64,000 bases of DNA from the NCBI GenBank assembly GCA_965219685.1, contig CBDCOH010000002.1, forward strand, positions 3,808,001 through 3,872,000, written 5' to 3'. The notes below the pieces were generated by a model, which saw only the letters and a program-made list of their open reading frames with translations, did no database searches and was not told the DNA's origin. The translations under genes were made by a program, and so were the position numbers. This DNA comes from Candidatus Spongiisociaceae bacterium. Lineage in GTDB: Bacteria; Actinomycetota; Acidimicrobiia; Spongiisociales; Spongiisociaceae. Numbering within the stretch: position 1 is the stretch's first letter; every line of letters begins with the position of its first letter. This document shows, piece after piece, positions 10,467 through 20,609 of the stretch.

Positions 10467-11390
10467 ATGTCGAACTCGACGTCGAACCACTCCCGCGGCG
10501 CTGCCCGCAAGAAGGTCACCGCGCCCTCGGTCCAGGCCCGCAAGGGCGGGAAGAAGCTCACCATGGTGACCGCCTACGACTTTCCCGGTGGCAAGGTCGC
10601 CGACCGAGCCGGGGCCGACATGATCCTGGTTGGAGACTCGGTCGCCAACGTGGTCCTCGGATACGAGACCACCAACGAGGTGACCCTGAACGACATGATC
10701 CACCACACGGCGGCGGTCGCCCGCTCGCGGCCGAGAGCGCTGCTCATCGGCGACATGCCCTGGATGAGCTTCCACGTCAACCCGGACGAGACCCTGCACA
10801 ACGCCGCCCGCCTGGTACGGGAAGGAGGCGCCGAGGCGGTCAAGCTGGAGGGGGGGGCAGAGCGGGTGGAGATGATCCGCAAGATCCGCTCCGCCGAGAT
10901 CCCGGTGATGGGACACATCGGCCTGACCCCCCAGTCCGTCCACTCGATGGGCGGCTACCGGGTCATGGGTAGGGGGCTGGACGATGCTCGGAGGTTGGTC
11001 AGCGACGCGAGGGCGCTCGACGCGGCCGGGGTGTTCGCTCTGGTGCTCGAAGGTGTTCCCGTCACCCTCGCCCAGGTCATCACCGAGGAGGTGTCGACAC
11101 CGACCATCGGCATCGGCGCCGGACCCCACACTGATGGTCAGGTGCTGGTCATGCATGACCTTCTCGGTCTCAACTTCGGTCACTACCCGAAGTTCGTCAG
11201 GCGCTATGCGGATCTGGCGGAAGAGGCGACCGGAGCGATCACGGAGTGGATCTCCGACGTCCGGACCGGTGGGTTCCCGACCGACGCGGAGTCCTACCAC
11301 ATGATCCAGGCGTCCGCCGAGCAACTGCTGGCGGAACATCGGGAGCGGCGCCCGAAGGCTGAGGGCCCGGAGCTACGCGCCATTCCCTGA
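10467..11390 (+). CDS. panB: 3-methyl-2-oxobutanoate hydroxymethyltransferase
   Basis: MVTAYD, ILVGDS, DMP, VKLEGG, GHIGLTPQS and GIGAG motifs; ATG 10467 chosen as start. Confidence 0.96.
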   Translation: MSNSTSNHSRGAARKKVTAPSVQARKGGKKLTMVTAYDFPGGKVADRAGADMILVGDSVANVVLGYETTNEVTLNDMIHHTAAVARSRPRALLIGDMPWMSFHVNPDETLHNAARLVREGGAEAVKLEGGAERVEMIRKIRSAEIPVMGHIGLTPQSVHSMGGYRVMGRGLDDARRLVSDARALDAAGVFALVLEGVPVTLAQVITEEVSTPTIGIGAGPHTDGQVLVMHDLLGLNFGHYPKFVRRYADLAEEATGAITEWISDVRTGGFPTDAESYHMIQASAEQLLAEHRERRPKAEGPELRAIP

Positions 11391-11422
11391 ACGAGTTCCC
11401 CGGCGCCCGACCCGTTGACCGG

Positions 11423-12505
11423 TCAGCCGTCCCGCGCCGCGTACCACGGCTCTATCACTCCGGTGACGATCTCGCGGCGCTCGTCCGCGGGCAGGAAGGC
11501 TCCTTCGATCGCGTTGACGGTCAGCTGTCGCAGTTCGTCCCATGACCACCCGAAGGCGGAGCGGCAGCGGTCCAGTTCTCTGGTGAGGAAGGTGCCGCTC
11601 ATCAGCCGGTTGTCCGTGTTCACCGTGACCCGGAAGCCGAGATCGAGGAGGCGTCCGACCGGATGGGTGGAGATTGAGCCGACCGCCCCGATATGCACGT
11701 TCGAGGTCGGGCACTGCTCGAGAGGCATCGCCTCGTCGCGTACGTAACGGGCGAGAGGCCCCAGGCTCCCGTCCTGCTCCATGTCGTCGACGATGCGGAT
11801 TCCGTGGCCGATACGGTCGGCCCCGCATGTATGGACGGCATCCCTGATGGATGCGAGACCGCAGGCCTCGCCGGCGTGGATAGTGAAGGGAAGCCGTGCC
11901 CGGCGCAGCAGTCGGAAGGCGGCGAGGTGCTGCGATGGCGGGTATCCGGCTTCCGCTCCGGCGATGTCGAAACCGACCACTCCCTGATCCCGGTTCCGGA
12001 TAGCAGCTCCGGCGGCATCCAGGCTCCGGGCACCGGTGCGCATGGCCGTCACGAGCGTGCCGACGCGGATGCCTCGTCCCTCACTGCCGTCGCGGAAGCC
12101 GGCAGTAACGGCCTCTACGGCCTGGTCAAGCGAGAGCCCTCCGGCTAGGTGCAGTTCCGGAGCGAAGCGCACTTCGGCGTAGACCACACCGTCATCCGCG
12201 AGATCCTCGGCGCACTCGGCCGCCACCCGGTACAGGGCTCGACCGGTCTGCATGACGCCGAAGGTGTGACGGAACATCTCCAGGTAAAGCTCGAGACTGC
12301 GCCGCCGGGCCCCGGCGCGCAGGTGGGCCGCCAGTGCCTCGGGGTCGTGGGTCGGCAGGTCCGTGTAGCCGGTCGTCTCGGCGAGTTCCACGATCGTGGA
12401 CGGGCGCAGCCCGCCGTCGAGATGGTCGTGGAGCAGCACCTTGGGCGCCCCGCGAAGGCTTGCCGCGGTGGGTAGCGTTCCTCGGCCGGTATCCGGAGCG
12501 GCCAC
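11423..12505 (-). CDS. add: Adenosine deaminase
   Basis: PKVLLHDHLDGGLR, HAGE, RIGHG, CPTSN and NTDNRLMS. GTG 12505 lies 7 nt after TAGGCT (-10), suggesting a leaderless start. Confidence 0.93.
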   Translation of the reverse strand: MAAPDTGRGTLPTAASLRGAPKVLLHDHLDGGLRPSTIVELAETTGYTDLPTHDPEALAAHLRAGARRRSLELYLEMFRHTFGVMQTGRALYRVAAECAEDLADDGVVYAEVRFAPELHLAGGLSLDQAVEAVTAGFRDGSEGRGIRVGTLVTAMRTGARSLDAAGAAIRNRDQGVVGFDIAGAEAGYPPSQHLAAFRLLRRARLPFTIHAGEACGLASIRDAVHTCGADRIGHGIRIVDDMEQDGSLGPLARYVRDEAMPLEQCPTSNVHIGAVGSISTHPVGRLLDLGFRVTVNTDNRLMSGTFLTRELDRCRSAFGWSWDELRQLTVNAIEGAFLPADERREIVTGVIEPWYAARDG

Positions 12506-12744
12506 CTGGCGTAGCCTAACCGCGGCCGTGCACGGGCTTCGTCGAGCGATGCCACGGAGTCTTCGGCGGATGGGCTTCGAGCTGAACCCGGAGAGAGGCA
12601 GATCCACTGGCGGGTCGACCTGGCCGGAGAATTGTCGGCCTCGGGCTGGGAACCCTTGGCAGCTCAGCGAACCGCGCAGGGACCCGACCAGCGACTGTTC
12701 GGGAACGTCCACCGCGCCACCAAGGGGCCACACCCACCGAGAAC

Positions 12745-12905
12745 GCGAAAAACGGCCGACCGAAGCCCTGTCGAGGGCCCACCCCCACCGCCACCTCCCC
12801 GGCTTCGAGACGCGTCTCCCTCTCCCCTGAGAGGTGCGACGGCGACAACATGATCCCGGCCATCCGTTCGACGTCGGAAACGAACGGGCGGTGCTTGCGG
12901 CTACC
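12745..12905 (-). ncRNA. Candidate ~160-nt structured small RNA, copy 2
   Basis: Shares blocks CCGCAAGCACC, TTCCGRCGTCGAWCGGA, CGGGATCA, CGCGTYTCGA, GGAGGTGGCGGT and CGTTTTTCGCGTTCTCGG with copy 1. Confidence 0.55.
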
Positions 12906-12910
12906 CACAA

Positions 12911-12939
12911 AGTGTGCAGAAGGCCTGTGACACCGTCAA
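12911..12939 (-). promoter_or_regulatory. Putative promoter TTGACG-N17-CACACT for small RNA copy 2
   Basis: Same architecture as 2272-2300. Confidence 0.55.
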
Positions 12940-12983
12940 CCCCCTTGCGGGTCCCGGAACGCAACGGAGCAGAACTAGCGTCG

Positions 12984-13853
12984 CTAGGACGCAGGGGGCG
13001 GAACGCGGGCCGCGAAATGCTCGGCGATCTCACGGCGGGTGGCTACCCACACGCCGCCTCTGGTCCGTACATGTTCGAGGAAGCGGTGGAGCGCCCCGAT
13101 CCTTCCCGGGCGGCCTATCACGCGTAGGTGCAGACCCAATGACATCATCCGTGGTCGATCGGTCCCTTCCGCATGCAGGCACTCGAAGGTGTCGATGGCG
13201 TAGTCCAGCCACTGGTGAGGCGTATAGGAGGGTTCCGCCCACATCTTCATGTCGTTGGTGTCGAGCGCGTAGGGCATGATCACCAGAGGCCGTCCGTCGA
13301 CCAACTCCCAGAACGGTTCGTCCCTCGAGTAGTCGTCCATGTGGTACAGGAACCCCTCCTCGGCAAGGATCCGCCGGGTGTTGTCGCTGACCAGGTACCG
13401 GGACAGGTGGCCTAAGGGGCGGTTGCCCGTTGTGCGGGTGATCGAGCGCACCGCGCTGCGGATGAACTCCCGCTCCTGCGACTCATCCATGCGGAACTGG
13501 TGAGACCAGCGGTAGCCGTGGCTGGCTGCTTCGTCACCGCGTCCCGCGATGAACCGGGCGATCTCCGGCGCCCGCTCCAAGGCCAGGGCGGCGGCCGTCC
13601 AGGTGGCTGGGACTGCGTGCTCGTCCAGCGCCTGGGCCACCCGCCGGAACCCTTCCTGCAATCCGTAGCGGTAGTTGCTCTCGTTGGCCCGGTTGCGAAT
13701 CGGTCTCTTGAGCACGATGCCCATCTCGTCAACCGGTTCCGGGCCCCTGTCGCCGTCCAGCACCGACATCTCCGCGCCCTCTTCCACGTTGACGACCACA
13801 GAGAGCGCCAGCGAAGCTCCTTGCGGCCAGCGGTAGGTGGCATGGGCACTCAT
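12984..13853 (-). CDS. Polysaccharide deacetylase family protein (PuuE allantoinase-like)
   Basis: LSVVVNVEEGAE, ESNYRYG, ASHGYRW, PYALDTNDMK, and MMSLGLHLRVIGRPGR. Confidence 0.85.
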   Translation of the reverse strand: MSAHATYRWPQGASLALSVVVNVEEGAEMSVLDGDRGPEPVDEMGIVLKRPIRNRANESNYRYGLQEGFRRVAQALDEHAVPATWTAAALALERAPEIARFIAGRGDEAASHGYRWSHQFRMDESQEREFIRSAVRSITRTTGNRPLGHLSRYLVSDNTRRILAEEGFLYHMDDYSRDEPFWELVDGRPLVIMPYALDTNDMKMWAEPSYTPHQWLDYAIDTFECLHAEGTDRPRMMSLGLHLRVIGRPGRIGALHRFLEHVRTRGGVWVATRREIAEHFAARVPPPAS

Positions 13854-13882
13854 CGATGGTGGAGGTTATATAGCCTGGGGGC

Positions 13883-14665
13883 GTGGATGAGCGCTTGTAC
13901 GTATCCAGATCCGGAGACGTTGCTACTCTCGTGATCAACCGTCCCCGGAAGAAGAACTCCATCACGGACGCCATGTGGGGGCAGATTCCGGACTTGGTGG
14001 CGGGAATCGATGCCGATCCACAGGCGAAGGTGCTGGTGATCCGCGGTTCGACAGGAGGTGCCTTCTGCGCGGGCGCCGATGTCAACGAGTACCGGCGGCA
14101 CATCGGCGACCCGGAGCGGGGCGATCGCAGCCGGGAACTGGTAGCGCGGGCTCTGGTCGCGGTGAAGGAGATGGCGAAGCCTGCGATCAGCGCCATCAGC
14201 GGGGCGTGTTTCGGGGGCGGCGTAGCTCTCGCCCTCGCCTCGGACTTCAGGCTGGCTGACACGACTGCCTACTTCTCGGTCTCTCCCGCTCGAATGGGGA
14301 TGGTCTATACCTTCCCCGGTACGGTGGAACTCGTGCGGGTGGTCGGTGCACCGGTGGCTAAGCGACTTCTGTACACAGGGGAGGTCTTCGACGCCACCGA
14401 AGCAGAGCGCATCGGTCTGCTCGACCGCCTGGTCTCACCGGAGCATCTCGATCACGAGGTCGATGAACTGTCCGCCAAGATCGCTTCTGTCTCCCAGTTC
14501 TCGGTGCGAGCAACCAAGCGGATCATCCACCTCATCGAAGACGGACTCACCGAGGAGAACGAGGAGACCGTGGGTCTGGCGGTCCGGGCCTTGGAGGGAG
14601 AAGACCACCTGGAGGGAATGACCGCGTTCTTCGAGCGACGCTCCCCGCAATTCCGTTACCGTTGA
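13883..14665 (+). CDS. Enoyl-CoA hydratase/isomerase family protein
   Basis: INRPRKKNSI, FCAGAD, GACFGGG and AFFERRSP motifs. Confidence 0.9.
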   Translation: MDERLYVSRSGDVATLVINRPRKKNSITDAMWGQIPDLVAGIDADPQAKVLVIRGSTGGAFCAGADVNEYRRHIGDPERGDRSRELVARALVAVKEMAKPAISAISGACFGGGVALALASDFRLADTTAYFSVSPARMGMVYTFPGTVELVRVVGAPVAKRLLYTGEVFDATEAERIGLLDRLVSPEHLDHEVDELSAKIASVSQFSVRATKRIIHLIEDGLTEENEETVGLAVRALEGEDHLEGMTAFFERRSPQFRYR

Positions 14666-14858
14666 TCCGGCGGAAGCCTTCCCGGATCGGGTCGAGGATC
14701 GATGCACGCGGTGCCCGGTTCCGGTCGACTCCGGAACCGACCGACAGTGCTAACGGGCTTGGGCTACCCCTTGTTCCTACCGGCTGGGTCCTTGTCGCGG
14801 TCGGGCCTCGTGTCCGTCGCCGGTGCGCAGGACTGCCAGGTTCTCGCCTTCGAGCCAT

Positions 14859-14893
14859 CAACTACCAACTATAAACTATCAACTACCAACTAT
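14859..14893. repeat. Heptamer tandem repeat (CAACTAY) x5
   Basis: Just after the stop codon of the minus-strand amidase. Confidence 0.85.
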
Positions 14894-14898
14894 TCATC

Positions 14899-16176
14899 CT
14901 AGGACGCCAAGCGTTTGCTTGCCTCCCGTGCTGTCCGGAGGAGGAACCCATCCGCTCCTGGACGGCCCACGAGCTGCAGCCCCACGGGTCCTCCGGCGAC
15001 GGTCAAGACGGGAATCGAGACGGCGCAACTTCCGGCTGCGCTCGCGAAGGCGGTCATCTCCGGCAGTCCATCGGGTACTGGCTCGCCGACCCGTAGCGGT
15101 GGCTGTGGAGTGGTGGGCAGGGCGAGGAGGTGGCGGGTCGAAGCGGTCAACTCGGCCACGCGCCGGCGAACCCCGTCCAGGATTCGATGGGCGCGGGCGA
15201 GTTTCCACGCCGGGGCGACCTCGGCGTACTGCAGCAGCGAGCGAAGCTCCGGCGAGAAACCGTGCAGGGCCTGTTCTAGAGCCTGGCGGTGGAACAGGTA
15301 TGCCTCCGCCTCGACAGCGAGGAGGCCTGCCATGCGCACCCGGGCCGGGTCGAGACCCAGCCGAACCTGTTCCGTCCGCCACCCGAGTCCGGCGATCGCC
15401 TCCCGGAAAGCCTCCTGTATCTCGGGTGACGTTCGTTGCACGATATCGATCGGGATGAGCAGATGCGGCCGTCGGGCGTCGGCAGGCGAGGGACCCAGGA
15501 ACCCGCAGGCCTGCGCCGCGATCACCAGATCGTCCGCTTTCGGGGCCAGCAGCCCGACCGTGTCCAGACGGGCCGAGAGAGGTAGCAGTCCCCCGGTCGG
15601 GATCAGGTCCGGAGAGGGTTTCCATCCGGCGACCCCGCACCAGGCGGCCGGAATACGCACCGATCCCAATGTGTCCGAGCCGAGGGCCAAGGACGCCATA
15701 CCCGCCGCCACCGACGCCGCCGAGCCCCCGCTCGACCCGCCGGCGTGGTGGTCGGGGAGTCCGGGGTTGCGGCACACCCCGAACCAGGGGTTGGCGGTCA
15801 CCGCCCCGACGGCTGCCTCCGCCAGGTTGGTGGTTCCCATGATGACCGCTCCGCTCGCTCGGAGAGCCGCCACGGCCGCGGCGTCCTGCGCTGCCCTGAC
15901 GTTCGCTCTGGCGCCGATCCCCCCGGACCACGCCGATCCCTTCACCGCCAGGTTGGCTTTGACCGCTGCCGGTATGCCCTCCAGAGGACTCCTGGGCCGG
16001 CCGTTCCGCCTCCGGCGATCCGACTCGCGCGCTTGGACCAGTGCCCCGTCGCGGTCCACTTCGAGGAAGCACCGCAAGTCAGCATCCCGGTCGGCGATCT
16101 CGGCCAGGCAGGACTCGACCAGTTCCGTGGCTGTGATCTGGCCCGCGTCCAGCAGACCTGCTTGTTCAGCGATCAC
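14899..16176 (-). CDS. Amidase signature family protein
   Basis: GGSSGGSAA, LGSDTLGSVRIPAAWCG, catalytic K in AVKAN; GTG start overlaps the upstream stop. Confidence 0.9.
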   Translation of the reverse strand: MIAEQAGLLDAGQITATELVESCLAEIADRDADLRCFLEVDRDGALVQARESDRRRRNGRPRSPLEGIPAAVKANLAVKGSAWSGGIGARANVRAAQDAAAVAALRASGAVIMGTTNLAEAAVGAVTANPWFGVCRNPGLPDHHAGGSSGGSAASVAAGMASLALGSDTLGSVRIPAAWCGVAGWKPSPDLIPTGGLLPLSARLDTVGLLAPKADDLVIAAQACGFLGPSPADARRPHLLIPIDIVQRTSPEIQEAFREAIAGLGWRTEQVRLGLDPARVRMAGLLAVEAEAYLFHRQALEQALHGFSPELRSLLQYAEVAPAWKLARAHRILDGVRRRVAELTASTRHLLALPTTPQPPLRVGEPVPDGLPEMTAFASAAGSCAVSIPVLTVAGGPVGLQLVGRPGADGFLLRTAREASKRLAS

Positions 16177-17558
16177 TTGCGTTCGTCGACGAGGCGGAGG
16201 GGTTTCTGGCGCCGGTCCACGCCGGTTACTGCGGCCGTCGCCCCCGGGGGTTGCGGATCCACCCGGACCGCCACTCCGAGCAGGAGACGAAGTCCGTCGG
16301 CCAACCGCTCCGCGCTTCCCCCTTCCCATTCGACGACCAGCGTCAGATCCTCCCGGCCTGAAGGGCCGCCGGTGACCCGGAAGTAGTACGAGCCGTTGCA
16401 GCCGGGCTGTGCGGCGATCCACCCTGCCACGGAGTCCGGGTAGATGTTGACGCCCCGGACCTTCACCATGCTGTCGGAGCGGCCCATGAACCCCCGGATG
16501 CGACGGAACACCAGCCCGGACGCGCCGGATCCCTCCAGCCACTCGGTCACGTCGTGGGTGTTGAACCTGATGACCGGAGCCAGATCCTCCTTGTAGAGGC
16601 AGGTGACCACCATGTCCCCCTTCGAAGCCGGTTCTCCCGTCCCTGGATCCAGGACCTCCAGGAAGTGGGCGTCCTCCCACACGTGCATCCCGTCGCGTTC
16701 CGGGCCCTCTCCGGCGACCGAACCTGTGTCGGCAACCCCGTACCAGTCATAGGCGGGTGCGCCTGCCCAGGCTTGCTCGACCTCCCGACGCCCTCCGGTC
16801 CCGAGATGGCCGATGATCATGCGTACCGGGAGGTCGACTCCGGGCTCGAAGCCCTCCTCGGCGGCCACTTCGGCCAGACGGCGCAGGTAGTCGACGAAAC
16901 CCACCAGCACGGTGGCGCCGAAGCGGTGCATGAGCCGCACCTGGCGACGGGAAGGCGTCTCCGATCCGGTACCCGCCGAGAGGAACAGGGCGGGTGTGAA
17001 GTGGGTCACCGCTTCCCGGATGTAGTGGCCCCCGTTGACCATCCCGTGGCCGTAGACCGAGTGGACCACATCGTCGGCCTCGAGGCCCTGCCACGTGTAC
17101 ATCCTGGCAACCAGGATGTTGGCCACTTCCCGTCCCCACGGTCCGAAGATCACCGGCTGGGGGCTTCCGGTGGTTCCGCTAGTCGTGTGAAGGATCATCG
17201 GAGGGACCTCACCCCGCGCGTAGGACTCCGTCCCCGTCATGTCGCCTAGCGGAGGGCGGGCCTCGACCGAGTCCATGAGGTCGGCCTTGTCGTAGACAGG
17301 CAGTCGATGCAGGTCGTCCAGGCCGCGGATGTCACCCGGTTCGATACCCTCTCGGCCCCACAGCCGGCGGTAGAAGGCGGTTGCCCAACCCCGGCGCATC
17401 ACCCTTAGGAACCGCTGCTCCTGGAGGGAGCGCAGCTCATCGCGGCTCATCGCCCGGTACACGCCGGGGAAGGCGGGACCCGCCGGGTATTCCCGGAGGA
17501 GCCGGGCGGTGTCCAGGGCCTCGAAGAAGGTCGGACTTCTCCCGGTGGATCGAGTCAT
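16173..17558 (-). CDS. Phenylacetate-CoA ligase family (PaaK-like) adenylating enzyme
   Basis: TTSGTTG P-loop, YGVAD, IRFNTHD, and GRSDSMVKVRGVNIYP. Confidence 0.85.
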   Translation of the reverse strand: MTRSTGRSPTFFEALDTARLLREYPAGPAFPGVYRAMSRDELRSLQEQRFLRVMRRGWATAFYRRLWGREGIEPGDIRGLDDLHRLPVYDKADLMDSVEARPPLGDMTGTESYARGEVPPMILHTTSGTTGSPQPVIFGPWGREVANILVARMYTWQGLEADDVVHSVYGHGMVNGGHYIREAVTHFTPALFLSAGTGSETPSRRQVRLMHRFGATVLVGFVDYLRRLAEVAAEEGFEPGVDLPVRMIIGHLGTGGRREVEQAWAGAPAYDWYGVADTGSVAGEGPERDGMHVWEDAHFLEVLDPGTGEPASKGDMVVTCLYKEDLAPVIRFNTHDVTEWLEGSGASGLVFRRIRGFMGRSDSMVKVRGVNIYPDSVAGWIAAQPGCNGSYYFRVTGGPSGREDLTLVVEWEGGSAERLADGLRLLLGVAVRVDPQPPGATAAVTGVDRRQKPLRLVDERK

Positions 17559-18937
17559 AGCAGGTCCGTCAACTCCCTCACATCATCGAGGTCCTCCAAG
17601 CGCCCTACGAGGTCGATCACACGGCCCGTGCGATGGCTGTCCCATCCTTCTGCCCCGTACCCGACGCACGACCTGAACTTGCTGACATGGTCGGTCGGGG
17701 TGAGCGGAGCGGCAGGGGAGCCCGGTAGCTCCTCAACCGTCACGGAGTGTCTAGAGCCGTCGGCGAGGACGATGATCACGGTCTGCGGACTGAAGGCGTT
17801 GGGGTCGGGGGTGTCGTTCACGACGATCCTCACCTTGTCCGCGTGCTCCGCGAAGAGGGGGTCGGCGAGGCGCTCCGGGCGGACGGTCGTGAGGTCGACG
17901 GATCCGTCGACGAGGGCTCCGGCAATCTGGTAGGGGATGCAAAGCCGCAGGTAGTTAGGGGTGGCGTTGGGGACCATCGGTCGGGAACAGAGGTGCTTGA
18001 TCATCGGCGGGACCTCCACGACCACGCTCTCGACGTCACCGGCTTGGAAGCCATGGAGCCGGCGCAGCCTCAGCGTTCCGTCGATGGCCGAGTGGGTGGC
18101 GCGCCCGCTTGGGAACGGCTTGTGGGAGACCTGGGTGACGCGCCAGGGACTTGTCCACTCGTCGAGCAGGCGGACGGTGTCCCCGGCGGCTTCGATAAGC
18201 CCGTAGAAGCCGAACTCGCCCTCGATCACCTGCCGGGGACCCCGATGCCCGGCCTCCGCCAGGTCGACCGACGCGAGGGCGCTGCGGGCGCTGAAAGCCA
18301 TCTGCAGCGCCAGGAGCGCGGAGCCTTCCGAGTGAGGCTGCATGGTGCCCGAGAGCTGGCCGTACGCGATCCCCAGGGCATGGGCGGTCATCTCGGGTCC
18401 CATGCCTCGCAGCCGCGCCAGCGCTGCCACCGCTCCCCACAATCCGTTCGTGCAGGGTCGGAAGAAGCGCAGGGCGGTGGTGGTAGCGGTTCCAAGCCCG
18501 GCGGCGACCTCCACACCCAGCGCGACCCCGGTGATCAGCTCCTCTCCCGAGGTGCGCTCGCCGCGTCGCGAGCGGGCCTGGATGTCGGCGACGGCGGCTG
18601 GAAGCACCACGGTCATCGGGTGGATCACCGCCGGCTCGTGGACGCAGTCGAACTCGAGGCAATGGGCCTGGTGGCTGTTGATCATGGCGGCGCCCCATGC
18701 GGGAAGGGACAGGTTCCTCCCCCACACCGAGGCGTCGGCCGGTCCACCCCATCCCCGTGCTGTTTCCACCAAGCTGCGGCTCTCCGGTGTCCTGGCCCCG
18801 GCGAGACCTACGCCGATGGTGTCCAGGATGAATGTCTTGGTCGCTTCGACTGCCGTTGAGGGAAGATCCCCGGGCAGGCAGCGGCTGACTCGCTCGGCGA
18901 GGATCTCGGAAACGCTGGGAACGGGAGGCTCTGGCAT
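17555..18937 (-). CDS. MmgE/PrpD family protein
   Basis: LDTIGVGLAG, HCLEFDCVH..HP, and KPFPSGRATHSAID. Confidence 0.88.
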   Translation of the reverse strand: MPEPPVPSVSEILAERVSRCLPGDLPSTAVEATKTFILDTIGVGLAGARTPESRSLVETARGWGGPADASVWGRNLSLPAWGAAMINSHQAHCLEFDCVHEPAVIHPMTVVLPAAVADIQARSRRGERTSGEELITGVALGVEVAAGLGTATTTALRFFRPCTNGLWGAVAALARLRGMGPEMTAHALGIAYGQLSGTMQPHSEGSALLALQMAFSARSALASVDLAEAGHRGPRQVIEGEFGFYGLIEAAGDTVRLLDEWTSPWRVTQVSHKPFPSGRATHSAIDGTLRLRRLHGFQAGDVESVVVEVPPMIKHLCSRPMVPNATPNYLRLCIPYQIAGALVDGSVDLTTVRPERLADPLFAEHADKVRIVVNDTPDPNAFSPQTVIIVLADGSRHSVTVEELPGSPAAPLTPTDHVSKFRSCVGYGAEGWDSHRTGRVIDLVGRLEDLDDVRELTDLL

Positions 18938-19003
18938 AACGGGATCATGATACGGACTAGGCGTCGATGCTTCCGAGAAGGCGGTTCCGTTCCGCTTGTG
19001 AGG

Positions 19004-20164
19004 TCAGTACCTGTCCGGCTCGGAGCCTTGCAGGTCGGCGAGATCGCCGATCACCTGCTCGGGAAGGGGGGCCTCCACGAGGATCGTGGCGCCGTGGTCG
19101 TAATAGTCGGTCGTCGACACGAGTTGGGGCATGTCCTCGAGTCCGTCGCCATCGGAACCGGCGAGGTTGGGCATGAGTGAGTCGAGGTCGATGACGGTGC
19201 GGTGTATCAGCAGGTCGTCGTCGATCCAGATGTCGGCCTGGATCCCGGCGTCGACCGGAAACATCTCCTCGAGGCCATCAGGATCGCCACCGCCGTTCTC
19301 CAAGTCCGGTACTGACTCCAGTCTCAGGCCGATCACGTCCTGGACAGAAAGGGTGAGTCGGATCACGGTCGTCTCGAACCCGCGCAGGGTCTCCCGGCCG
19401 ACGATGGTCGCGTCGTCGACGAACTCGGGTAGGAGCATGGCGGTGTCGCTCAGCGGGTCACAGGCCGAGATCGATCCCTCGGGATCGAGAAAGGCCAGCG
19501 GCGATGGGCAACCGACTCCCAGTTCCGCCGCCGATGCCTCGTCAACGGTCAGCCAGGCGTCGGGCGCGGCTGTTTCCAACCCCAGCGAGCGAAGGAGCTC
19601 CGGAGGAAGCTGTACGTATGCCGTCCCATCCACGAATCTGAGCTCCATGCTGAGCGAACCGAACAGCGTGAAAGTCATGGCGGTATTGCCGTCCGCGCCG
19701 GTCTCGAAGGTCGCCGAGGCGAACACAGCGCCGGCGCTCGGAGACAAGGAGACCGTGAACTCCCCCCGCACAGGCTGCCCGACGGACGCCTCAGCGGCCG
19801 CAGACAGGAGCGCCGAGGCGTCGAGGTCTCCCGCGGTCGGAGGTGGTCGATCGACTCCGGCGTCCGGGCTCGTGGTGGAGACTGCCGGTTCAGGCTCCTC
19901 CTCGCTCGTGTCGGGAACCGGAGGATCGGGTTCGTCGTCAGGCCCTGAGACGGTGGTCGACGGTGCTGGAGCCGTGTCGGTGGGCGTGACGGTGGTGGAG
20001 GGTCCCGAACCCACATCAACGGCCGCCCGGAGAGAGTCCGGCTCGGTCACCGAGACCTGTGCATCGTCGAAGTTGGTGTTGTTGGTGGACGAATCACCGC
20101 ATGCCGCGGCCACGACCACCACGGCCACCAGGAGGATCATCAGTGATCGGATGTCTCGATACAT
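19004..20164 (-). CDS. Lipoprotein (LppX/LprAFG-like fold suspected)
   Basis: Lipobox VAAA-C, a P/T/S-rich linker, and a beta-rich C-terminal part ending DIWIDDD...YYDHG. Confidence 0.65.
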   Translation of the reverse strand: MYRDIRSLMILLVAVVVVAAACGDSSTNNTNFDDAQVSVTEPDSLRAAVDVGSGPSTTVTPTDTAPAPSTTVSGPDDEPDPPVPDTSEEEPEPAVSTTSPDAGVDRPPPTAGDLDASALLSAAAEASVGQPVRGEFTVSLSPSAGAVFASATFETGADGNTAMTFTLFGSLSMELRFVDGTAYVQLPPELLRSLGLETAAPDAWLTVDEASAAELGVGCPSPLAFLDPEGSISACDPLSDTAMLLPEFVDDATIVGRETLRGFETTVIRLTLSVQDVIGLRLESVPDLENGGGDPDGLEEMFPVDAGIQADIWIDDDLLIHRTVIDLDSLMPNLAGSDGDGLEDMPQLVSTTDYYDHGATILVEAPLPEQVIGDLADLQGSEPDRY

Positions 20165-20324
20165 GGCTACCCCGTTGTCCATCCCAGGCGGTAACAGGCG
20201 GCCTTCCGGCCCGATCTGAACCGTGCGCATTCTCCGTGCATGAACGCCACGTTATCGCTCCGTGCTCGTTATGGAGCAGGTAACGGTCGCCGGCCGCAGG
20301 ACCGCACCGTGTACATTGTGCGGG

Positions 20325-20609
20325 GTGCTGAACTGGCAGGCGGTAGTGAAGGTTCCGGACCCTGCGGCCACGCTACCGGTCGGGGTGAGGATCGCCCGTG
20401 CTCTCCAGACCGAAGCCGGATCCCAGGAGCGGGTGAGCCTCGAGATATACCGCCACCGGGGCCAGAAGCGCTACGGCTTCTTCGTCAAGCTCGTCGCGCC
20501 CGATCAGGGCGAAGCTGCCGCGTCGGCGGTTCGTGCCACGGTCCGGGCGTTCGAAGCGGAAGGGCTGCCCGTCCCGACGGAGCTGACCGTGAGCATTGTT
20601 AGGTGTTAG
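20325..20609 (+). CDS. Small hypothetical protein
   Basis: GTG 20325 lies 7 nt after TACATT (-10-like); plausible protein-like composition. Confidence 0.5.
   Translation: MLNWQAVVKVPDPAATLPVGVRIARALQTEAGSQERVSLEIYRHRGQKRYGFFVKLVAPDQGEAAASAVRATVRAFEAEGLPVPTELTVSIVRC

Noticed and set aside
12506-13033. N-terminal extension of adenosine deaminase in the ORF track
   Set aside because: The extension runs through the non-coding RNA unit. Family similarity begins near 12505, where a -10 element and GTG fit a leaderless start.
14666-14858. Possible third copy of the RNA unit (also checked 4020-4170, 47314-47440, 63243-63370)
   Set aside because: Local hairpins exist but the conserved promoter and sequence blocks are missing.
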